Origin: Eledone cirrhosa
Taxonomy: Eukaryota
Assembly (NCBI GenBank): GCA_964016885.1
Contig: OZ024743.1
Location: forward strand, 128,402,001 to 128,466,000
Length of the DNA: 64,000 nucleotides
Reading direction: 5' to 3'
This document shows, piece after piece, positions 52,391 through 64,000 of this stretch. Both the position numbers and the translations under genes were made by a program. The notes under the pieces are model-generated. The model was not told the DNA's origin. It saw nothing but the letters and a program-made list of their open reading frames with translations, and did no database searches. Positions within the stretch are counted from its first letter, which is position 1. Each line of letters begins with the position of its first letter.

Positions 52391-53726
52391 TGAAGTGTTA
52401 ACACACGTTCTGTTATTTCCTCTGTATACAGGAAAACATAAGAGATTGCCTTTAGGCATTTCTGAGATTATTGTCTCCTCATCAAAAGATAACGAACCTT
52501 ATGATTCTACCTACAGAGGCATCTTTTTATTGCAACACTATTTATATCAAGGAGGACATAACTGATATGGCCAATCTAATTTGTATAAGATGCATTCGTT
52601 TAGCAATATAATTAATTAAATAATTAATATCTATGCAGAGCAGAGTATGTATTGGAATATTTAAGGTAAATTTATTGCAGATTAATTACAGTTTTTAAAC
52701 TATAAGCTTTGATGTGAAACAGATATAAACACATTTTCTGTGTTAAAAATTACTTCAAAGCATTTCAGAGATTTTTGTCTCTTTATCAAAAGATAACTAC
52801 TCCTACACTTGGTGTATAATAAAATGCAGCCAGTACACTCTGTAAAGTGGATGACATTAGGAAGAGCATCCAGTAGTAGAAACCATGCTAAAAATAGAAT
52901 GTATGAGCAAAACATGGTTGGTTCCCTAGCCCCTATAATCTCAAACTGTGATAGCCTGTCCAACTTATATCAGCAAGGAAAACAAACATATGATGATGAA
53001 GAAGAGGAATGGGAAGAGTAATAAATAAGTATACAATCAAATATATCATCATCATTTTATGTCTGTTGTTCCATGCTTGCAAGGGTTTGGCAGGCCTTTT
53101 TCAGCACAGCATCTCCCCAATCATCATGTTCCTTCATCTCTCCTGAGAGCTTCAGCAATTTGAGATCAGTTCTCACGATGTCCAACCAAATCTTCCTTGG
53201 TCTTCCTCTACTGCAGCTTCCTTCCACTGGGTTTTCCTACTACTTCTTCACCCAGTGATCATTATCCATGTTCATCACAATTCCTTACAAGTGTAATCTC
53301 TCTTGCACATTACATCTGATTCATATTATACTCAGTTTCTCTCAGTTCAGCCATGCTTTGTTGTTGAACCTCCGTCAATTTCAACGATGTTTATTCCAGT
53401 TGTTTGAACAATGGAACAGCCTGCTCAGCCTGTGCAAGTGGTTGAACATTCAATAAAAATGTATACTCTTAACTACTCAGAAGATTCAGCCTGACTCAGT
53501 ATGTGACAAGACTAACTCCTTGAATGACATGTACAATTAATATTTTGTAACTGAGTAGACTGGAGCAAGGCGAAACAAAGTGTCTATCTCAAGGACACAA
53601 CGCACTGCTCAGTTCGAGAATCAAACCCATGATTTTACAATTATCATCCCAACACCAAATTCACTGAGGCACACACCTTCAAAATATATATATATATATA
53701 TATATATACAATCATACTTATACATG

Positions 53727-53793
<67 letters not shown>

Positions 53794-54710
53794 GAGAGAG
53801 AGAGAGATTTCATTTAGATTCAGTGCCTGGTAATGCAGAGGTAAGCAAATATATATTAAAAAAGGGTGAGAACATGATTGTCATGGCTGGAATGTCGTTA
53901 GTGAACACTAGTGTCTGCTCAATCAGTTTCACAACAATGAGAATGTTTTTACATAACATGCCTCAGGAAAATCTTGATAGTTAAGAGTCAAATTCAATGG
54001 TTGAAATATGTCAAGAAATATATCCAGCACACCAATGATATCACATGAGATAGGTTGACGATGCTTTTAAAATAGATGACCTTGAAGTAAATATTCTGTT
54101 GTGTATTCACATGTGTCAGTGTCCTGTAATTCAGTGCAGTTCAACAAAAAAAAAAATCGATAAAAATAAGTATTGATGTCAATGATTGACTAAATCCCTT
54201 CAAGATAATAATCCCACCATGGTTGCTGTCTCATAAATGTAACCATCTAATTTAGACACAAGGCCAACAATTTGTGGGGACGGGAAGTTGATTACATTGA
54301 CCCGAGTACTTGACTTGTACTTTATTTATCAACCACAAATACTACAAAATACTTTAAATTATCAACCTCAAATGGATGACCAGCAAAGTTGACCTAGATG
54401 AAATTTGAAATAAAAGATCAGAGAGCTGGAACAATTATTGCAAAGCATTCTATCGAACATTCTAATGACTGCCTATTTGCCACCAAATATATATATAATT
54501 TGATGATGATATATACATATGCATATGATGATTAATTAAGAATGGTTTTCAGATGCAAAATGGAACAGAACCACAGTTAAATAAGCTACTCAATACATTA
54601 ATAGAGAGGGTATATATTTATTTCATATAGAAAAATACTTCCCTGACGTTTTCAAATGAATGAAACAGTTATACTCCTCTGGAAGTCATTTCTATATAAA
54701 ATGGAAATGG

Positions 54711-54755
<45 letters not shown>

Positions 54756-54759
54756 TACT

Positions 54760-56040
54760 TCAGCATGTAGATGACCTAACCCTTATAGCTGAATCTATGG
54801 CAGAATTAGAGAAGAAATTTCAAACCTGAAAGCATGGCCTAGAATCAAAAAGTTAACTTGTCAAAGGACAAAAAGTCCTAGTGTGAAGGAAGGAAAACAG
54901 GGCCCAGATTCCCTCAGTGTGCAGAAAAAATGTAGGTAGAAATTCCATCCTATGTTCCAAATGCAAACTATGGGTACACAAGAGATGCAGTAGGATCTCA
55001 AGCATGCTATCAAAATATATAGATTTTATATGTGGCTGATGCACAGATGCAGTAAGTAGCAAGAGCTCACAGGATACTAGCTCCTTCAGAAGTAGTAGAA
55101 AGTTTCTGTTACCTAGGTGACCAAATTAGCAGTGGGGGAGGGTGTTCCAAAAGCACAGTAGCCAGAGTGAGAATGAGATGGAAAAAGTTCAGGGAGCTAC
55201 TACCACTACTAACTGCTAAAGGTTTTTCCCTCTAAATGAAGGATGGATTGTATGATGCATGTATATGAACATCAACATTTCATGGTAGTGAAACTTGGGC
55301 ACTGTGTGCAGAGCACCTGCGAAGATTGGAAAGAAATTAAGCTTCTGTGCTTCACTGGATGTGTAATATACATGAACGACAAACCATAAATGAACTGAGT
55401 GAGAAACTGGGCATAAGAGGTATCAGATATAGTGTGCAGGAAAGGAGATTGCATAGGTATGGACATGTGATGTATATGAAGGATGACAGCTGTATAAAAA
55501 GGTGCAGAGCATTCAAAGTTGAGAGAGTCTATGGAGTAGGAAGACCTAGGGAGACTTGGGATGAGGTGATAAAAGTTGATCTTGCACAATTGCACCACAC
55601 AATGACACAGGACCGTGATCTCTGGCATTATACAGTAATACAGAAGACCCACCTGGGTTAAAGCATACATTTAGTATGCACCACTTTCCCTTCCATCACT
55701 CCTTCCATACACTTCCCACATCATAATACCCCACCCACGTCCTAACACACCACTCCTCACCCTTACCCATAGATCTACTTCCCCAATCCCCATGCACCTG
55801 CCCCACACAAGTCCCCAGTTCACATTGTAAAGTGGCCGTTTTGGTGCCATGAAAAAAAGCACCCAATACACACTGTAAACGTTGTTGGCATTAGGAAGGG
55901 CATCCAGCCATAGAAACGAAGCCAAAATCAGTTCTGTATGAACAAGACATGGTCATCTGATCTGGGTTGTCTCACAACAGGATAACTCGTCTAACCCATG
56001 CTAGCGTGAAAAATGGATGATAAACGGTGATGATTATGAT
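54760..56040 (+). mobile_element. Decayed copy of the PHD-RTE LINE (YADD region to 3' tail)
   Basis: [20 protein letters not shown]...[26 protein letters not shown]...FICG*C...YLGDQISSGGGC...[11 protein letters not shown]...GRPRETWDEVI, with stops, indels and a UTR. Confidence 0.92.
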
Positions 56041-57714
56041 GATTATATATATATCAGATGTAGCATGCAGGTGAGGAAATTGCATTGGTATGGACATGTG
56101 ATGTGTTTAAAGGGTGACAACTGTATAGAAAGGTGCAGGGCACTCAAAGCTGATGGAAGCTATGGATTAGGAAGACCTGAGAAGACCTGGGATGAGGTGA
56201 TTAAAAGTTGACCTTGCACAATTGCACCTTTCAATGGCATTGGCACAGGATCAAGATCTCTGGCGTTATACAGTAATATAGAAGACCCACCTTCCCCTGG
56301 GCAAGGGTTGAAGCATATATTTAATATGCTCCAGCCAGTACACATTGTAAATGAGGTTGGAGCTAGGAAGAGCATCCAGCCATAGAAACCAAAGCAAAAT
56401 CGTTTCTGTATGAGCAACACACGGTCATCTGATCTGTTGGTCCCACAACAGGACAACTCATCTAACCCATGCTACTGTGGAAAAATGGATATTAAACAAT
56501 GATGATGAGGATGTTATTGTGTATATAAGTTAATGGTACTACTGTATCTTAAAGAATGGATATACTATACAAATGTATGTATGACCTCATGACCATGAAT
56601 AAGTGTCAAGTTCTTATCTAAGCAGCTAGTAGTAAAATTATCAACTTAAACACTATTTAACAAAATTCCTTTCCAAAATTTCTTTTAGTCACCCATTGGC
56701 AACCAATTTGAACCTCCTAACAACTTTACACACTTAAGTCATTAAAATAACTAACTACACATTAAATGAATGGTTGTAAAAGTACTTAGAAAGTGTTACT
56801 TTATTATAAGGCACATGGGCACTGATGGGGTTAATAATAAGGATGAGCGTTATTACTCAAGCTCAGCTGTGTCCCATACTCTTACAAGCTTCTGCCAGCT
56901 GCTCTTTCTCTCACTTTCTGTGTGTGTGTGTGTATACATCTTCAGTATTGTGTTGTTTTTTTCTTGGGCAGGACCTATGACTCTTTTCTAGGCTTCTGAG
57001 ATTAGTAGGAGGGAAGGAAATACTCTCAAACTAGGATAAAAAGGATAAAGATCTCGACTCCTTGTGGAGTCGTAGAGGCACCATCATACGACGTGTCTAG
57101 GGCAATTTTAAATCTGGCAGAGCCCAACCCTCTCCAGGTCTGAACACAGCTGATTTGTTTTCTATAAAGGAAGAATCAACCCCAAGGCAGCGAATTGGCA
57201 GAGTCGTTAAGACGTCAGAAAGAATGCTTTACGGTATTTGTCCCACTTCATTGCGCACTCTGAGTTCAAATCTCACCGTGGTCAACTTTGCCTTTCATAC
57301 TTTCAAGGTTGATAAAAAAAAGTACCAGTCCAGCACTGGGGTCGACTCCAACAAGAGACATGGCTTAAATGTTGGCAACAAAATGAATTTTGCTAAAGGT
57401 ACCTAAAGGGCCAGGTCATTGCCATCCTCATCGTCATCATTTAACATCTGTTTTTCCATGCTTGTATCATTTGGACAGGTATTTTCCAACAAGCTTCTTT
57501 CTGCTTGTTGTATTCTTTTGTCATCTTCTCTCTGAGGTTCAGTAATTTGAGATCAGCTCTCACCACCTCTTCCCAGTACTTCCTTGGTATTCCTCTATTG
57601 CAACTTCCTATCACTGGGTTCTCTTAGTACTTCTTCACTTAATGGTCATTGCCCATATACATCACAAGTTCATATCAGCATAGTCTTCCCTTTTGCTCAA
57701 CATATATGTTTCTA

Positions 57715-57950
57715 GTGCAGCAGGTGTCACTGTTCTCTGTGGCTATGCTTTTGCCATCTTATCTGTGAAGTTCAGCAGAGATATACTATCCAGCCAAAGG
57801 TATAAAGTTTTCAACTTCCCCTTCTTTTCTTTATATAATTTTTCTACTCACCCTGCTTTTTAAAAATATTTTTCTCTTTTCCTGTTTATTATTTTAATCT
57901 TTTTTTTTTATATACTTTCATTATTGTATATTTCTGTTTGCTAATAAAGT
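57715..57950 (+). mobile_element. Third CRE-like 3' end
   Basis: gcagcaggtgtcactgttctctgtggctatgcttttgccatctt and UTR tttcctgtttattattttaatc match 13120-13330. Confidence 0.7.
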
Positions 57951-60439
57951 AATTCATTATCTATGTGCACCAATTCATTGCACAAACTGAATACTTTACT
58001 TTATTGGACCTGATCTGAACTTAGATGCAAAGAGTTCGAACAAATATCACAATACATTTTGTTCTATGCTCTCACAACTCTCACCATTGTTACATGCAAG
58101 CATGGAAAAGCAGATATAAAAGGATGCTGCTGATGATGATATAATTGCTACTCATACTCCCTCATCCACCACTCACATCACACACTTCTCTCCTCTCCAC
58201 TCTCTCTCTCTGAAAGAAAACCAATTTGCAACAGAGTGCCATGCATAATTTAAACTTTAAAAAAAAAAAAATCCTCTTTCCCATCCACCCGCACCTAATG
58301 TCTTTCCGCCCTTTCTCTCGTGATCTTTTAACTTCATTGACTTGAAACCGGAAACTAGATAAGTTACAGTTAATTTCGTATTCTGTTGCATGGTAAAGAA
58401 TTTCACAAACAAACAAAAACATTGTACCATTTGTTCCTTCCTTAGGATATACAGACTTCATGTTGCAACTGTTTGTGGAACTAATTTGATAAAAACTATG
58501 TAAAAACAAACAGTAAAAATAAAAGTATATAAAGAGCCAGAATAAGAGGAATATATTACATAACTACGACAACAACTGTATTAACAGTAACAATAATAAC
58601 AGCATCAAACACATTTAAAAACAAACAGTAAAAAAATATATTACAAAACAACAATTAACAGTGTTAGTTGTTGTTTTGTGTTAGTAACACTCTTTTAAAA
58701 ACAAGAATATTAAACAGCATCAACAAGAACAACACCAACATTACCATCAACGATAACAGTAACAACCAACACTATAAAAACAAGAAGTAGGAATAAAAAG
58801 AATATATTACACATCAATAACAATAGCAACAACAACAAGCAATACTCTTTTAAGGTACATTACTATAGTAATCCAGCAGAACCACAACTCAGTGCAGTTT
58901 GGCATTTGCAAGTTGTTGCTGCAAGCTATTGTTGCGTATGAAAATAAATGCAAGTTAAACTGGAGGGGAGGGGGGGGGGGGCATTAATAACAAATACAAT
59001 TCTATTTGATGGTATTATGCCTGGGGGAAGAAACCCCATGGCATGGAATGGGTGATGCCATAAGTGTTGCTGACTTAATCCCCATGACAACACTTTTGCT
59101 ATCTTTTGCTATTCATGGAATACAGCTGAAACAAGCTGTCCAGATAAGGGTGAAAAGCTTGCCCACTCCTCATTCCTCTCTTTTTTTTTTTTGTTGTGCT
59201 TTTAATTGTTATACTGAGGTACAAGTCCTTTCATCAGCATCATCGTTTTACAGCCACTTTTCCATACTTGCATGGGCTGGACAAATTTTTCCAGCAGAGC
59301 ATCCTTCCACTCATTGTCCTTTGTCACCGCCTCTCTGAACTTAAGTGAATTGAGATCAGGTCTCACAACCTCCACTCAGGTCTTCCTTGGGCCCCCATTT
59401 TACTTTAAAAAAAAAATATTATTATCAAACTGAACACTCGACCCTTTTGATACCAAATTGTTTAAAATCACTCCATTCTTGGTTCTATGATCTAAATCTG
59501 TTTATTTCAAAGTGTTTGGGCACCAGCACCTTAATTTTGATGCCATATCTAGTGCTGATACCATGATAAAATGCACTCATTACACTCCTTAATGTGGTTG
59601 ACTTTAGGAATGGCATCCAGCTGTAAAAACCATTCCAATGATGGAACATATGAGCAGAACATGATTCCATGACTTGAAACTCATCTAACCCACACTAGCA
59701 TGGAAAACATGTAAAATAAAGATGAGGGCGTTTATATTTATCTAAAAATCTTCTAACATATTTTGTGTAAGAAAATTTGAAATGTTATGTTCCAAACACC
59801 AACTTCAAGTTAGTTATATTACTAAATCCCTTCGAAACTCTTATTTTCAAAATGATTTGAAAATCTTAGGCAGTGTTTTTCATTAGAAATACTAGTGTAT
59901 AACCTATTTTGTTTATAGATATTCAGTTTCTTCACCAAATTGTAACAAAGCTATGTTTATAGATTTACTGTGTTCCTGTGTGTGTGTGTGTTTGCGTGTG
60001 TGCGTGTGTGAGTGCACATATATACAGAAGATAACAGAAACATAACACTGTGAGCTGAGAATGCTTTAGAATATTTGCAACCCTCTCTTTTGTGTTCCAC
60101 GAGGACAGGAGGACTAAAAGATTATAGTTATTAAAATACAGATGGTTACAAAAATAATAGACAAGGAAATAATTTCGTTTTGACCTAAAACACTTTTTGA
60201 AGCAATAACATTCAGTTAGTCACATAAATCAGTACATTACTGGTATTCATTTTTGTCAGCCCATATGTGGCCATCCCCACTTGGCACTTGGATGCTTTTG
60301 TTAGAATTCACTCTGTTGCAAATATTTTGGGCAGGTCTCTCTCTGGTTTGGGGATACTTTCTTCCCATCAGTTTCAAATGCCATGAAAAAGGTCGAGCAC
60401 TTCCCTTACCTCCCTCACTATACAGTAAATAATAATAAT

Positions 60440-62540
60440 AATAATGATTTCATTTATTAGCCACAAGGGCCGGCATGTAGGGGACAATACACAAGACAGG
60501 GACAGTGGGGGTTTACAATAAGGTCGAGTAAAAGTGCAGAATGGTAAGACTAATTTAACAATGAAGATATAAAAATATAAAATAAACTATGCATAAATAT
60601 AATAAAATAAATTCCCAGATAAGGAGTGGACGACCCTGGGGTGACTCGGGTACCCCACCAATCCTGAACCACCCTGCGCTTCTAGGGCACCCAGGGAGAG
60701 CACCCCTCTCCTCAAGTTAGCTAGCCAATAACCGCATGGTCAGAGTAGGCTCATTCACACAAGCCATTCTCGCCACATTCATCCACCTTTTAGCAAATGC
60801 ACGGGGGGGGGGGGGGGGGGGGCTTCCCTCTCCACCCTTACCTTCCTTTCCAGGTGAATCTTGAAGAAGTTGATGAGGGATTGGCCGAAGAGAAAAGTGT
60901 CTGTCTTCAGTACTTTCAATCTGGTCCACCATATAACCTCTTTTGCAATTGCCACCAGACAGAGGAAAATTTCCTGCCCTTCCTGACCTAAGGAAGGCGG
61001 CGGGTCGATCTTCACTATGGACTCGGCTGATAGGCGGATTCGTACCACACACGACAGTAGCTGTTCGACATAACTCCACAAGCCAGTAATGCACGGACAT
61101 TGGACAAGTGCGTGCAGAACGGTTTCGTCGTTCTGTGCGCATCTTGGGCAGGTCCGTCTGACAGCACTTCCGTGCCTGTAGAGTTTATCCCGAACCAGCA
61201 GTGGCCCTCGGTAGCATTGCCAAGCGAGGGATTTCTGGAAATTGTCCATCGTCCCCGGCTCGAAAGTCCTCCGGTACGACTGGTCAGTTCGACTTCGTCG
61301 AGGCCCAAAGCATCTCCGAGTGCGTCATCGCACTTGCCCACCACTAATCCTCTATAGAACTCGAGAGTGGAAGTTCCACTGATCACATTGCTCGCTTGAT
61401 AGAGGGCAGTGAGTGCCTGGCAACATTCTAGGTGACAGTCACCTAGTCTCTGTCTCTGCAGATCAGTCAAAGAAATGAGCTGCGGAAAGGCCCGTCTGAT
61501 AAACGGCGACCACACCTGTTCACCGTTTAGGCAGAATATCTGGAGATGTCGCAGCCTCAACGCATGTCTGCGCATCATTAGCCACGGCATGCCCAGCCCT
61601 CCGTGTAGAGGGTGCTGGCAGCAGATGGACCGCCTCACCAACGGAACTTGTCCCCTCCACAAGAATTTGAAGAGGAGCCGTTCCAACTTGACGAGGTGCG
61701 GATGGGGGCAAGGCACGACGGTCAGGCGGTAGTAGATGATGGACGCGATGTACGCATTCGCCACCTCCGCGCGACCTTTCAGTGATAGCTTCCTCTCAGC
61801 CCATTTTGGGGTGAGACTGGCTACTCTGCTCGTCCCAATTCTTTTCCACCTGGAGGTCTGGTCCGAACCAAACCCCGAGCAACTTTACCGGTCCGTCCGT
61901 CCAGCACCCCATGACGCTGTTGAATGGCATGGGCTTGCCTCTCCAGGTTTGGAGCTGCAAGCTCACCGACTTTTCCGGGTTAAGTTTGGCTCCTGTCAAC
62001 CTTTCATATTCCTTCAATAAGGTGCCGACCACCTCAATTTCTGAGGTGTTCGACACCATCACGGTGATGTCGTCCGCATAAGCCGACACCGCCTTTCCAC
62101 GTCCCGGTTCAAGCGGGATGCCCTGCAACAGCTCCAGCTTCCGCAGTAAAGGCTCGAGAGTCAATACGTACAGAAGGGAAGAGAGAGGGTACCCTTGACG
62201 GACCGATCGGGAGAGCCGAAATGGTTCTGAGAGGTGGCCATTAACCTTGACCACCGAGCATGTGCCGCTGTGCATTGCAGCAATCCGGCTTCTGAAGACA
62301 GGGCCGAAGCCAGCTGCTTTGAGGACAAACTCCAGATACCGATGATCGACCCTATCGTATGCTTTCGATTGATCTAAATTGATCAGTGGCCCATCGAATC
62401 CAGGTTTACACCCTGCCCTCTCTATGATGTATCGCATAACGTGGAGATTGTTGTGTATGGACCTGGCTGGGATTGCGCAAGTTTGCGCCTCCCCAATCAA
62501 ATCCCCAACGACAAGCGCCAATCTCTTTGCTAACACCTTG
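60440..62540 (-). mobile_element. 5'-truncated Tx1/L1-clade LINE, ORF2 RT and C-terminal zinc knuckle, frameshifted
   Basis: KVLAKRL, QTCAIPARSI, LDQSKAYDRVDH, SVRQGYPLS, YADDITV, LLGVWFG, GGLGMP, CPRC...ETVLHALVQC spread over three frames. AATAAA lies near the 3' end. Confidence 0.92.
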
Positions 62541-62985
62541 TAATAATAATGGTTTCTTATATAGGCACAAGGCCAGCATTTTGGGGCAAGGGGAAAGTCG
62601 ATTAGATCGACCCCAGTGGATGACTGGTCCTTTATTTTATCGACCCTGTAAGGATGAAAAGCAAAGTTAACCTCGGCAGGATTTGAACTCAGACCATAAA
62701 GGACCGTAACTCTATGCTGCAAATAATAGTAATAATGATATTTGTTTCTGACGCAGGCACAAGGCCAACAATTTTGGGTTGATTAAATCAACACCAGTGC
62801 ATTACTGGTATTTAATGTTATCGACCCCATAAAGATGAAAGGCAAAGCTAACTGGGATTTGAACTCAGACCGTAAAGGGTCATAACTCTATATAATAATT
62901 ATTTCTACTTATGGCACAAGGTCAGTAATTACCCCAGTGCATTACTAGTGCTTTATTTTATCCCATAAGGATGAAAGATAAAGTA
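62541..62985 (-). mobile_element. Three tandem SINE B copies (one full, two partial)
   Basis: Repeated ggcacaaggcc...cgaccc...gatgaaa units. These supply the false N-terminus of ORF 61796-62722. Confidence 0.85.
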
Positions 62986-63486
62986 ATATAAAATAAAATA
63001 AAATAAAAAGAACATGATCTACTTACTACATACCAAGGTTAGGACATTCACCCCAAAACAGAAATGAAGAAAGAGACTTCATCCACCCACTTAGTTCAGG
63101 AGAGGAAGATACTTCACCCAGCATTCCACTACCCTTCTGCATTCCTGGTGAAAGTCTCTCAAAACTACCTCCCCACTCACCACTTCTTCTAGTGGTCAAA
63201 TTTAATAAGCCACTAACACCACCTCCTTCCTCACACTAACACTTCCCAATTTCTCTCTCTGATCTAGTAGCTATTACACTCTCTCCCACACTCAAGCTCA
63301 CTCATCAAATCTCAATCACCATTTATTTAGGAACCAGTCAGTCTCAATGGGGTTGAATCATAGTTAATTTTTTGGAGCCAATCATCATCATCATTAGTTT
63401 AAAAACAATTTGGCCAGTTTGAAGTATACAGTGAGATAGTGTTTTACCAATGCCTCATACATACCACTACATGATAGTTTTAACAT

Positions 63487-63517
<31 letters not shown>

Positions 63518-63680
63518 AGAGAACATGTGTGTGATAATGTAGCTGTTTTAAGTCATATACTGGTATATATTGTACAGGTTGCAAACATTATCTGACAACA
63601 GACCTCTCTCTATACATAGAATAAGTAAAGGGAGATAATTTATTTCATATCAATAATTTGCAATCACTTGTAATACAAGT

Positions 63681-63892
63681 TTAACCCTCTAGCATTTACA
63701 TTACCTTATATTTACTATTATATTTTCATTGCAAAGGCTTTATCTCACATAATATCGATTCTGAGATTTTCATATTATCTATATTGAGAACAATACCTTA
63801 ACATCAGTATGAACAGCAGGTTACAGCCAGTTTGAACAGAGAGGTTAGAGAATTCTGGCTGGATACAACCGGTTTAAATGCTAAAGGGTTAA
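63681..63892. mobile_element. piggyBac-type MITE family 1, opposite orientation
   Basis: TTAA|ccctctagcattt...aaatgctaaaggg|TTAA. Confidence 0.85.
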
Positions 63893-64000
63893 CCTCATGT
63901 TTGGTCAAAACCTTCTCATTCACATTTTCTGAATGAAGTGGTGATAGTGGCACATTGTTGTCATGTTTTTGTAGAAGACAGCAAAGGTTGATTGGAACGA

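Noticed and set aside
57055-57100. GC-rich hairpin cgactcc-ttgt-ggagtcg followed by ctag, a possible Helitron 3' end
   Set aside because: The stem is short, the spacing to CTAG is longer than typical, and there is no 5' end or second copy.
60803-60823. Poly-G run giving a polyproline stretch or G-quadruplex
   Set aside because: It is a homopolymer expansion or sequencing error inside a dead Tx1 ORF.
61796-62722. 308-aa ORF as an intact gene
   Set aside because: The first roughly 60 codons are SINE sequence, and the rest is a frameshifted Tx1 RT.

Overview
AT-rich, repeat-saturated eukaryotic non-coding DNA (intron or intergenic). The SINE families, RTE LINEs with (GAT)n tails and abundant TA/CA microsatellites suggest a cephalopod, probably Octopus (inference). 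I found no credible host protein-coding gene. Almost all long ORFs in the track are microsatellite read-throughs or antisense shadows of transposons. The real coding content is transposon-derived. It includes a young, uninterrupted, 5'-truncated RTE-clade reverse transcriptase ORF (1498-3756) with a PHD-type C4HC3 zinc finger inserted inside the RT, plus many decayed relatives. It also includes a frameshifted Tx1/L1 element, three CRE-like restriction-like-endonuclease fragments, CR1-like, BovB-like, mariner and probable Penelope remnants. Non-coding elements are tRNA-derived SINEs (one carrying the RTE 3' tail, one forming tandem multimers), TTAA-flanked piggyBac-type MITEs, Tigger- and hAT-like MITEs, a 1.6 kb 22-bp satellite, two near-perfect palindromes and several degenerate hammerhead-like motifs. 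Family assignments come from motifs translated by eye and recalled from memory, not database searches. Many boundaries are approximate.
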